Assembly: GCA_004764695.1 (NCBI GenBank)
Contig: SMSO01000034.1
Span: 1,674,001 to 1,738,000, forward strand
Direction: 5' to 3'
DNA: 64,000 nt
DNA from: Schizochytrium sp. TIO01
Taxonomy: Eukaryota; Protista; Bigyra: Labyrinthulomycetes
Numbering within the stretch: position 1 is the stretch's first letter; the number at the start of each line of letters is the position of its first letter. Positions 12,201 to 20,440 of this stretch are shown here, in pieces. Under the pieces are notes generated by a model. It did not search any database. It was not told the DNA's origin and worked only from the letters and a program-made list of their open reading frames with translations. The position numbers were made by a program, and so were the translations under genes.

Positions 12201-12802
12201 ATGCCAGCATCCACGATGGAGGCCGTGTCCTTTTCCCCAAGACTGCTGCGTGCATCGGGTTTGCGTGGAGGAATTTTAATTTCATTCTTCTTGCTTTGTT
12301 GCTGGGGTTGTATTATATTCTGAATACCCATGAACATCGCCGGTGGCGGTGGTGTTCGACTCGTTCGACGGTGAGATCCACTCGGCTCAAGAGATGAAAG
12401 TTTGCCAGTAGATTTGGTCGAAGAACTACTCGCGGCGCGCTTGAGACCACCGTTCATAGTCGATCGAGCTCTGGGCGAAGGTGAAGATGACGCCTGCGAA
12501 GGTGAAGTTGAGTGTCCGGATGTGGGTCTGTGCTTAAGGTTCTTGTGCAGGTTCTTACGGTTATCTGTAGCGCCTCGAGATGTCTTCCTCCGTGCCGCAA
12601 AAGCGTCTAAATCATAGTCATCTACAGCAAATCCGGCATTCGTATCTTCTTCATCCTCAGAGCCCGAGTCAAAAACAACACCGTGGACAATACCTTCACG
12701 GAGGGCTTGCTGTTCGTCAGAGTCGTATTGCAAGAACCTTTCGGAGGACGTCGTGGATCTTGGCCCACGAGGATCAACTCGTCTGGAGCCGTAGCTTGTC
12801 AT
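6224..12802 (-). CDS. Large (2192 aa) acidic, Ser-rich, intrinsically disordered protein with a central coiled coil and C-terminal ankyrin repeats
   Basis: Uninterrupted 6.6-kb ORF with an ATG start. Contains D/E/S tracts, a coiled coil (KKELQRFRKEALNEKKLLENR...), and ankyrin motifs SIWLAAKRGDLRMVKKFI and GHTPLYWASAMNQAKVVEFLLRKG. Confidence 0.8.
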   Translation of the reverse strand: MTSYGSRRVDPRGPRSTTSSERFLQYDSDEQQALREGIVHGVVFDSGSEDEEDTNAGFAVDDYDLDAFAARRKTSRGATDNRKNLHKNLKHRPTSGHSTSPSQASSSPSPRARSTMNGGLKRAASSSSTKSTGKLSSLEPSGSHRRTSRTPPPPAMFMGIQNIIQPQQQSKKNEIKIPPRKPDARSSLGEKDTASIVDAGIVQRRKLAFQDAESTSSLARRLCGKPSLEKGPTLDELRYKRDSRSALRSKKSSGHSSRSLGPRPSDNFDDYPDDFEIPADHDDDLAYLNLMSKERQVRKLSHDLQMDAMERASATSCEEIATKSRLWHARHRGSVSSHGSYSGVNSNESDQEDDSSDAIPPFPRNSYRKHDYDQYDSEDSGLSSDPDSHDDHFAVKKAEKEAYGFPRDGVDSEEEDSGSYNSAEDFDMDTDESYLPRGKKNVASKSSPKDHLGFPADSSDSEQEEDSTSIHSDEDSNQDSDNSDQIMVDLDVVHADALSFPRQDGESSSDEDDDLDHDSVEGEQHSRSDDDSIIDDGIDEEEDYEFQPFGEQEMEKPVKKPASSKRKTHKSPSPPSHEEKPITVAAAAAAAAASRMSRVSESQRIASSQQNGKPFKHSHFEPMEDPGTMSQPSKPRRQLSAKSYSSTNSGNGRGKAEERVLPRNVAPFKEKRDTNIVSDDDEVFEIEVGMGDVIVPDEMVPLGRQSHPYYGDPEDHEKSIRKQIAFGGSAPSSKQKKVPRENNEQAETPSLHSTIEKKMRPEEMLSAMSSMKTRMALHKERNVKQPSFRRPLQPKIPAELASLPSIDTLSVKEEADEILSAVSSMKARVALHKEQLAEAIAAKSSKKTSRMGKIEKEESYKTQWSGQEDDEEFFNHHSSKRQANRDPSHQTSEDSESTMDYHYKQTQHHKEAGKDLDFVVPSAEEQRGRQRHREKYYEESSSVSTDISNSALQASKKELQRFRKEALNEKKLLENRCVHLEQRLDAQQSEHVAMQERLFEELNALRQLLAVQAKPGREVDIDGETYEYYTDDGDDDDEDDEDDDDDEDDDNKEEEEEIAAKPSRATIRETPRDEQTTSTRSLESSDLDASSAESEQGSHPVKPKLGSKVAQQADTAETGSVYSGDEVLGEGDLIYELKCKLSAPETARKIKIMRDRAVKEDELAKASQNKATPPVSQEEKPHIPHGSVVTAAVKKLQPPSVSEARRAGKKQPVTGKAPPQSKAAPSRAPAKPLVPYGRHNESSEEEDSSSDEEENNEVAGDAEEQNDANSEIEDDESDLIDESQDEDSALSSGEEEVSGSEYEVVHDEEEEVDEEDSESNASESEVDEVESPKITKRLSRSPVGRSSVSPSKANKAQIKTHGERPKDEGLTSENAAEESDASSESEEDEDNKSSLSASESESEDERQEEATELQAKQENIATDAPIPHAKADTQGESDSESESSSESDSESELDPKDSPPKSTSVNHESSGKPVSQLPSKMVSQSTKDKSDSNEESSEAESDISNASEDKGAKPGLRLPSQLPSKLPSALPTKSKVEEDENDAHSSSDSDSSEEDSDDDSSDAKKPQKRLPSKLGAALLSQQKKMNTGDHSDIEESGSSAEDSSESEDDPAPQRRLPSQFAAAAAAAAAASKGKESAAGVQKSKLPSKLNSAISAKAGQANASSGRNPPGVKFGVALPGMSSKSLPTKLGPKDDTSSVTSDSDHGKSASKKSSGKSSRKTHRRYSDDSDSSHSSDDSSQSSSSSGHHRPSRHRRSSSSSHSSSSSSSGYSDSGDEDVHKHKSKAAGGDDKKSKSSSRRRHDSSSSELSGDESSNSGKDAKKGRNHSGHGGRHGHSDDDNSDDDRRRKGHRNGSSSDDDSDDENAKRKHTKRARGPSIAQYGKSSLWKEFKKRGKSEDISIRSPEWKVDEDGVESWDETCLYRSPDRYVEVIDVDMKPSPENNGLDEWMTPDYDSIWLAAKRGDLRMVKKFIMKNQPFDKIDDRGVDKDMDETWLGKLMLSASKATSGHTPLYWASAMNQAKVVEFLLRKGVKKEGKESYDITTSFEIQEALAKAGFKGTKSVEMDEMTEEEQEKYKKVQERRKEMSRTHDSKPEPKKAGATPRAGTTAKPPTGAAAKGRPTANRTMSAGSNSSANSSGRGRKAGFLDKFRRKNSSTQQVSHVGGGYGSSKPGLVTKMKDAAKNVASKMKRNK

Positions 12803-13973
12803 TTAGAGCAAGCCTTAAATCTCCCCACAAGTAAATTAAACTGTACAAGAATATTGTCGTGTCAAAGACGTTTTCTGAATTCAACCTTGTGGAGAAACCT
12901 TTTAAAGCACACTAGGTTTGCGTGTTTCCTTGAGCTGTTCGATCTGAGTATCAGAAGACAGTGTAGTTGTACCAACTGAGTTAGACTACAGACAGAATCA
13001 GTTAATCTAATCAACCAAGCAGCCTGACCTGAGCAGAGTTTACGCCAGCTAGAGCAAGTCCAGTGATTTGGATCAATATTTACTAATTTCCCTCGTGCTC
13101 AGTCGCGCAGCTCGAGCAGACGAGGTGGGTCTGTCTGCTCACGAGCGGGTCTGCTGTCCTTCAGGCTTTTCTGTGTGGATTCCCAATCTTCACTTGCACC
13201 TCCAATATCCTTCTTGTCATGCTCTATACTCTACTTGTATGTGTCTATAGTCTACTGTATGAACTCAAAAAGCCCTTTCTGTGACTCCTCTTCCAACTTG
13301 CACAAAGCACACGCGACGGGATCCAGCCGGCGCGGAGGCCCCTAAGAGTCACTTATATTTCGCTAAGAGCGTAGCGCGCAGTGGCGGGCGAGCGAGCGAT
13401 CGCGTATCGGAGTTGGTTTCATGGATCTGTGTGGTTTCACGCCCCAGCGAGACGAGCTTGAGTTTATGTAGAATAAAAATGGCTCATGACTAAGGAGCTA
13501 AATCTAGGGGATGCTAGAAGTTCTTTGTCAGGCATTGGAAATTGAGCGAGGGTGCCAGGCGTTACTCAAGCTTCTTCACAGCAAGTACTTAGGTTTTGCC
13601 TTGCCGTGAAATGAAAGACGGTCACTTCCATGCACACAACACACCTGAGCAATGTGTACGTACTGCTGCTAGACTACCTAGGCGCTTTCTACTTGTGTAG
13701 AAACCTTTTCTATGGAAATGCTTGCTAGGCAGTTATTTCCAGGTAGGCAGGCGAAGAACCTTGAGTCGAATGGTACGTAATCTGAGACCTTGGGACATTT
13801 GCTCTCTCACGAGTCAGAGGTAATAGCAAGTTGAAATCTAAATAAAAACCCAAGCAAAATGATTATTCGTTGGGACATTTGTTGCATGCACATTCATTCA
13901 CCACATTCATGCTCTTATAGATTTATTGATTCAGGCTGCGATGGGAAACAGCTCCAGCACTTTGATGCCAAGG

Positions 13974-13974
<1 letters not shown>

Positions 13975-14010
<36 letters not shown>
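13975..14010. repeat. (GAT)12 microsatellite
   Basis: Perfect trinucleotide run read directly from the sequence. Confidence 0.95.
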
Positions 14011-14013
<3 letters not shown>

Positions 14014-14364
14014 TGATTGTTGTTCTGGGCCGGCCCACAGGTAATACAGTTTTCTTCAATACCATTCACTGCCCATGTACGCTCTTCATGCAGCTTAGAG
14101 AGGCCATGAAAAGAAGAAGTCTCGTTGAAACTTAGGGTAGTAGGTAACTTTGCTCGAACTAAGCCAACAACTACTAGAAACAAAATTCGTTTTTGTAAAC
14201 GCGAATAGGACAGATATAGAAAACGACAACAAGTGGAAATCTGCTACTAGTCGTGTGTCATCAACATGTCTCGACCAGAATACCCAGGCATCACTCACTT
14301 CGTGATCGCTATGTCTTGCCGCAACAACGAATTCGACAAGAGTCAGCACATTGGTCAGCACAAC

Positions 14365-14497
14365 CCATTCGACGGCGAACCTCATGTGACACCAACTAAG
14401 GGTCGCTAATATGTGTACATAGTAGTGGTGCTCTTTTTGAAAAGTCCATTCGACGGCGAACCCTTCCAGTCCTTTATATGTAGCTGGACGGTGAACC
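14365..14497 (+). promoter_or_regulatory. Direct-repeat motif upstream of MRT4 (CCATTCGACGGCGAACC x2 plus GACGGTGAACC)
   Basis: Exact 17-bp copies at 14365-14381 and 14446-14462, and a partial copy at 14487-14497. Regulatory function is inferred from position only. Confidence 0.35.
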
Positions 14498-14798
14498 TGA
14501 CCTATGAGTTGACAGCACGGAAAGGAGGGGCCGACTGGTTGGCTGGTTGGAGGTCTCGAGGAGGACCACCCAGAGCCCGAGCGCACTGCAGAACTGCGGT
14601 GGCGAGGGAGCTTGAGGCAGAATCAAGAGCAGAAGTTTCACGGAAGGAACTTCTGACGCTCTTTAAAGTCCTTTGGGGCTAAGTTCATCAATTTGTGGCT
14701 TGGTTGGTTTTCCAGGTCCGGTTTTGCGTCGTGGTTTTAGATCTTGAATTCAGGTATATCGCTGTCTTTAGAAGGTCCACGCTCAGCGATTGAGAAAG

Positions 14799-15515
14799 AT
14801 GCCCAAGTCCAAGCGTGCACGTGTTGTGCATTTGACCAAGACAGAATCGCGTGGTCGTGCTCGCAAATCTGAGCTCATTGATGCTGTTCAGCAATGCTGC
14901 GACCAATACAAGTCCATCTACCTCTTCGCTTGCGCTAACATGCGCTCTGACCCGCTTAAGCAGCTCCGCATGGAGATGAAGGACTCTCGTTTCCTTTACG
15001 GCCGCAACAAAGTTATGCGGCTAGCTCTCGGAAAGTCAAAGTCTGAGGCCTACATTCCGGGCATTGAGGAACTCTCGGAGCAGCTTAAGGGCGAGACTGG
15101 TCTGCTCTTTACAAACGCCAAGCCTGCAGATGTGGAGGCCAAGCTCGGCGAGTTCACCGAGCTTGACTTTGCTCGTGCAGGATTCAAGGCCACTCGGGAC
15201 GTGGAGGTCAAGGCTGGACCCATCACTGGCGAGCCCTCGTCTTCGTACGAGCCGCTCCGCAAGCTCCTGCTTCCTGTGAAACTTAACAAGGGCGTCATCG
15301 AGCTCGAGAACGACCACCGCATCTGCCGCAAGGGCGAAGTGCTCACTCCCGAGCAAGCCCAGTCTCTCAAATTTTTCAACATTAAACTCGCCGAGTTCCG
15401 CGTCAAGCTTCTCTTTCGCTTCCGCGACGGCGACCTTACGAAGCTTGCCGATGCCGACATGGACGACAACGAGGAAGACGATGATGACGAGGAGCTCGAG
15501 GACGACGACTTCTAA
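14799..15515 (+). CDS. MRT4: Ribosome assembly factor Mrt4 (mRNA turnover protein 4, uL10/P0 paralogue)
   Basis: Starts MPKSKRARVVHLTKT. Contains NMRSDPLKQLR...SRFLYGRNKVMRLALG, GETGLLFTN, FARAG and ICRKGEVLTPEQAQSLK, with an acidic tail. Confidence 0.95.
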   Translation: MPKSKRARVVHLTKTESRGRARKSELIDAVQQCCDQYKSIYLFACANMRSDPLKQLRMEMKDSRFLYGRNKVMRLALGKSKSEAYIPGIEELSEQLKGETGLLFTNAKPADVEAKLGEFTELDFARAGFKATRDVEVKAGPITGEPSSSYEPLRKLLLPVKLNKGVIELENDHRICRKGEVLTPEQAQSLKFFNIKLAEFRVKLLFRFRDGDLTKLADADMDDNEEDDDDEELEDDDF

Positions 15516-16332
15516 ACCCAAACCCAACCTACATATACACGAAATACTACTTTCTTTCTGGGCCTTACGGCTGGGCCCTTCATGGATTAATCTTTATCAT
15601 CTTCAGGGAATGATGGGCCGTGATTGATGGACCAGAAATAAAAACGATTAAGCAAACAACCTCCTTTACATAGAAATAAGTTTTGATGCGGTGTAGTTTC
15701 TCCTTTATACATATGTCCCCCTTTCTCCATCTTCCCTTTATTGAATTTGCAATGGTACTAGCGTTGACTTTTTTGTTTCTGGCAGGGAAGTTATACGTCC
15801 TTCACGAAATGATTTCTCCCTAAAGGTATTGTGCTGTCCAATTGTGCTTTCGTAATGGTCTTGAGTTTTCTTGTGGCAATAGCCTTCTTTTTTCAATTGA
15901 GCACGGTCTGACAACTCAAAGAATATCAAACGATAATGTTGCTCATTGCTAAAGATCAAGTCGAATAGTCTTGTTAGAAACTGTCTCCAAAAGAAAACAT
16001 GTTTCGTTTCTGTGACTTGGGATCCAGGAAAGAATCAAAATAGATAAAAAATTTCTTGTTTCAGAGAAGGGGGAAGAGAAGCCAAGAAGGTAGGAGGTAC
16101 ACTGGGGTACACAGCTGGGTTGTATGGTCGATGTATAATACCTATAACGCTTCGAGATCATCATATGTTCGTGCGAGCATCTCTGACAAAGCCTTTGATG
16201 CAAAGAAAACGAAGCTGGCATTTAAAAAGAGACCTTCAGGTTAGGAATGGAAATGGCAAGTGAGCCTGGGATACTAACTTGCATGGCAAGTAAGCAGTTT
16301 ACGGTGGCCTATAAATGTTGAATGCCATATCA

Positions 16333-18888
16333 TTAGGCACGGAACTCAAGGCGCAGGCTTCGGATGTTTCTTTCATCATTATCTTCCGCAAGTTCGAGCG
16401 GTGAAGTCAGGTAAATGTGTTCAATGCATCTGGCATGTACCTGAACCCAAACCTCAGGTGAGCTTTGGTCGTCGCCTCCGCGAACACGGACCACACGATA
16501 AGCCGTTTCACTTTCAATTGTCACAAGTCCGTCAGGAGCTACAAAGATCTCGATAGGGCTTGCAACATGGGTTGTTGAAGGGCATAAAAGTGCTTCTGCA
16601 GGGCCAGTCAGTAAGCGATGGCATACAGAGTAGACATCACCCTCAATTACCGTTCGACTGGCAGCAAGAAGAAGTTCACGCGTCCAAAAGTCGATATGAG
16701 AATCATCAAGCAAAGTAACGTCCTCGCCAGCAAGTTGTCGGATTGTGTCGCTTACAATCCCACGTAGCTTCTGCATAAAAGATTCAGTCCGCTCCATACT
16801 GCCAAGGTCATAAGTTGCAGCATTCAGAAGAATGGCCTTTTCACGGCTGAGGTCCTTGAGAACTTGAGTTTGATCAGCCAACATATTGCGAGACTCACGG
16901 TTTGACTTGAGTGGGAGGACAAGTTGGCTTCGGGAGTTTGCTGCGCCAATCAATACATCTTGATAAGACTTGCGAGACTGAGTGGCAGCAAGGTCCTTCT
17001 GCAATTGTGATACCCGGCCCCGTTGGGTTCCATTCATCTCAAGAGAACGCAACTCAAAGCTAGCATTAAGACTTCTCACACTGCTGCATTTAGACGAAAC
17101 TGTGCGATTTCCATCTGACTTAAATGATGAAACAGATTCTGGAGTATCTACTGTTCCGTGAGGCCACTTGAACGGTAACTGACGGCCCGTGGTGCTGCTA
17201 TTGCTATTGTTTGCCTTGCTTCGATGCCGAGAATGCCTTGGCGTGTTTTGTCGCGAGTTGCTCTTGGAGCCCGAATTTTCTTGCTGGTGACGGTGGTAGC
17301 TGTGTTTTTGTGGTGTACGGTAGCGATGAATGCTTGAGTCACCAGAGTCATCCTTGGATTCTGCAGAATAATGGGTCTTACCCTCTTCCTCCTCATCCAT
17401 TTGGCGTTGGGCGAGATGGTCAAGCATACTTTCATGACAAAGCCTAAGCCCGAGCGCAAAGGTCGCGGCTAAGTCTGTGTTGAAGAATTCAAAGATCAGC
17501 GGATTACCGTCCGAAGTAAGGATAGCCACGATAGATTCCTCCCGGTTACGGCAAACTGCCTCGATATTTGTAGCAAGACGATTTCCTGAGCTGACTGAGC
17601 TTGCATCATGGTTCAGCAAAAGAGACATATCCTCGACGCCATGCAAAATAGCAGTCACCTCGCTAAGAGCGAAGCAGGAGATATTGCTGCTCCCACCTAC
17701 CTGCACCTGAGCGGAAGCCTCCATAGTGACAGCAAATGGGTTAGCGTTGCGCTCGAGTGTATCACGGTCCCGCTGATTAATCTGTCGGCAAAGGTCTGCA
17801 GCACCTGCCATAGTTTTTGACCAAAGCAGTTGACCAACCTCCATATCAAAGAGAAGAAATCGTGGGCCACAACCACGCTTCTTTGCAGAATGCTTCATGA
17901 CCATGCTTCCTTGCTGAATGACACGCAGTTGTTCCTGGACAGCCGTGGAATGTGCAATTTGGCGCATCATGCCAGCCCAGTCGCTGGTAGATCGGCTCAG
18001 ACATTGTGCATGGCCTTTCGTGGCTTGTAGTTGAGACTCGATCCACGCGAGCTGGCCGTGCATTCGAGCAATCTCGTCCTGGAGACCTTGGTGCTCATTC
18101 ACAAGAGAAGCATGCGCTTGTTGTAATACCTGGACATTGTCTCCGCTATCATCAAGGTCCTCAGAGGATGAAAATAAGGTCTCAGCTCCATCTGAGAGAT
18201 TATCCTCCGAATCGCTGCCATCAAATTCAATACTTTCCGAATTGAGCTCATCTGGAGATGCCATTGGACGTCGTGTGCGTGTGGACTCTGTAGAGCGTCG
18301 GCGGCCGCTTCCACCGCCAGAGCTGCCAAACGACTTTCGTAGTTGAGCCTCGATGCGTTCGAGCTGCGCACTGAGTCGGCGCTCGGTTCGGGACCGTTGA
18401 TCCAAAGCGCTCTCAATTAACTTCTTGGCCCCCAGCAAAGAGCTGTCAGATCCCTTACGGCGACGTGTCTGGGGTAGGGCTGACGGCGACAAGGCGTCAG
18501 GGCATCCTCCTGTTGACATGCGAAATGAGTTCGACGTGCGCTCTCCAATGCTACGTCTAGATCCACCATTCTTACCCACTGAAGGCGTTGTTGAGCGAGA
18601 TGATGCAGTAGAGTCCGAAATGATGGATGCCATGTTAAGGTCGAGAGGCTCAATATCCACATTTTTGGGTGTACGAGGTGACCGAATTGAAGAAGCATCA
18701 GAGGCTTTCCAGCCACCTGCTAAATTGCTGGATGGTTGCGACGCCTTGGTCCCGCTGCTAGGTCTACTTTCACTCTTGGGCGATTCGGGGAGCTCTGCCC
18801 AGATTTCCTGCAGAGAGGAGATGCTATCCTTGCGTCCATTATTGGATTGGCTGAGTAGTCTTCGGTTGGGATCCATCGTGGATGACAT
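16333..18888 (-). CDS. Uncharacterised protein: Ser-rich N-terminus, coiled coil, PH-like domain and a folded C-terminal domain
   Basis: Long ORF with first ATG at 18888. IQQGSMVMKHSAKKRGCGPRFLLFDMEVGQLLWSK...FALSEVTAILHG...PLIFEFFNTDLAATFALGL resembles a PLC/Mcp5-type PH domain. Confidence 0.65.
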   Translation of the reverse strand: MSSTMDPNRRLLSQSNNGRKDSISSLQEIWAELPESPKSESRPSSGTKASQPSSNLAGGWKASDASSIRSPRTPKNVDIEPLDLNMASIISDSTASSRSTTPSVGKNGGSRRSIGERTSNSFRMSTGGCPDALSPSALPQTRRRKGSDSSLLGAKKLIESALDQRSRTERRLSAQLERIEAQLRKSFGSSGGGSGRRRSTESTRTRRPMASPDELNSESIEFDGSDSEDNLSDGAETLFSSSEDLDDSGDNVQVLQQAHASLVNEHQGLQDEIARMHGQLAWIESQLQATKGHAQCLSRSTSDWAGMMRQIAHSTAVQEQLRVIQQGSMVMKHSAKKRGCGPRFLLFDMEVGQLLWSKTMAGAADLCRQINQRDRDTLERNANPFAVTMEASAQVQVGGSSNISCFALSEVTAILHGVEDMSLLLNHDASSVSSGNRLATNIEAVCRNREESIVAILTSDGNPLIFEFFNTDLAATFALGLRLCHESMLDHLAQRQMDEEEEGKTHYSAESKDDSGDSSIHRYRTPQKHSYHRHQQENSGSKSNSRQNTPRHSRHRSKANNSNSSTTGRQLPFKWPHGTVDTPESVSSFKSDGNRTVSSKCSSVRSLNASFELRSLEMNGTQRGRVSQLQKDLAATQSRKSYQDVLIGAANSRSQLVLPLKSNRESRNMLADQTQVLKDLSREKAILLNAATYDLGSMERTESFMQKLRGIVSDTIRQLAGEDVTLLDDSHIDFWTRELLLAASRTVIEGDVYSVCHRLLTGPAEALLCPSTTHVASPIEIFVAPDGLVTIESETAYRVVRVRGGDDQSSPEVWVQVHARCIEHIYLTSPLELAEDNDERNIRSLRLEFRA

Positions 18889-20392
18889 TGCTGCAGATTT
18901 TCTTGGCAGCAAGCAAACCGAGCTTTGCTGCCTATGACCTTAACTCGGTCAATGCGGCCTGGTTTTCCACGACCTCAACGCCGTCTCCCGCGACGGCGTA
19001 GATGAAGTGGATCAATACCGATCTCGCAACAACTGCAAATGTTGTTGCAGTTACGGTTCTAAACACCCTCGTTCAAGTCCTCCTCAGCTCGTTGTTATTG
19101 ACACTATTGCTCTTGCTCTTGCCGTTGTTGTGTTCGGCCACTGCTACGTTTGAAGTTCTTGGATCCTTTTCTCTCGTGTCGTGGCGACCGACTAGCTAAC
19201 GTTTAGCGCAAACTTGTTACTTCAACCTCTCCGTCTGCCCAAAATGGACTCAGTGAGTGGCTGACCGCTTGGTTGCCTGCGAGAGAGCGTGCAACCAGTA
19301 AACTTTGATTGACTTCTTCCCGTAAGTCAATTGACCGTGTCTCGGTTTGATTTTGTATTAATTTTCAGTCACTATCACGTTCCTGAAGTAGCTCTAGAAC
19401 TGCAGGAAATCTAATGAATTCAATCTATTCTATTTGTTGTGCACACCCCACTAGTCTCGCAGCCGGTCTTGGTCAGTCAAGTGCGGACGCTGCCAGTCTT
19501 TGCCTCTGCCACTGGCCAGCTCTTTGATGCCTGCAGGGTGGTGTCTGTCAAGATCGTCCGGCTGCCAACGCTATGTTTGTAGCACGCCAGCGTCGCGAAA
19601 CCGGTCTCGAGCAGTGTCGTGAATGCAAAAGCGAACCTTGGGGTTTGCTATTGCTAATCAACCCTATAGGGATGAGTTAAGCAGAGGCGGCGGAATCCGC
19701 TGTGCACCAACGACTTCACTTGTGGCTAGCCTGGGGAGGGCCACCAGAGTCCAGCCAGCCGGTCTGCCTCCGTGTCCAAGTTCTGCAAGGCCCTAGTCAG
19801 TCCCGTGCCTCGCGTGGAAGAACGACGACGAGGAAGAGCGTCTTCGACTTGAACGAAACGATGTGCTCAAGGTAACGAGTGAATGAATGAATGACTGAAT
19901 GAACGAGTGAATGAATCAACAAGTCAATGCGCGAGTGCTTCAACTTCGCGTGCGCGTGGCCAACCCGGCGTTCGAGAAGCAGGTTGCTGCCGCCGTCGTC
20001 GACGCCCGATGACCCACTCAGAGGCACCCCGCCTCGAAGCTTGTGGCACGCTCGTTGGCAGAACGTAAATGCGGCGGCGGCTTGGGGCGTGAGCGAAAGA
20101 ATAACAACTTTTAGTTTATTCCAACAAATTGCAATCGCTTTCTCAAATAAATCAGTTGACTGAATACACAATTTACAATTTACAATTTACAATTTACAGT
20201 TTGCAATTTACAATGTGCGAAGAACCCAGGAACCTCCGCTAAACGACCAAATCGACCTCGCTGCAGATTTCGCGCAGCACGGCAGGCCAGCACGAGACCA
20301 TGCACAGCAGATGGACTCGGCTCGCGCGACTTAAATCAGCGTAGTCAGAACTTGATTTGACGGAAACTAAATCAACAATTAAATAAATCAAC

Positions 20393-20440
20393 AATTAATT
20401 AATTAATTAATTAATTAATTAATTAATTAATTAATTAATT
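20393..20440. repeat. (AATT)12 self-complementary microsatellite
   Basis: Perfect run read directly. A short (TTTACAA)n run lies nearby at ~20170-20213. Confidence 0.95.

Noticed and set aside
15036-15527. Antisense ORFs over MRT4 (and similar ones over NSA2, GFM2 and the crotonase)
   Set aside because: They are shadows of codon-biased sense genes.
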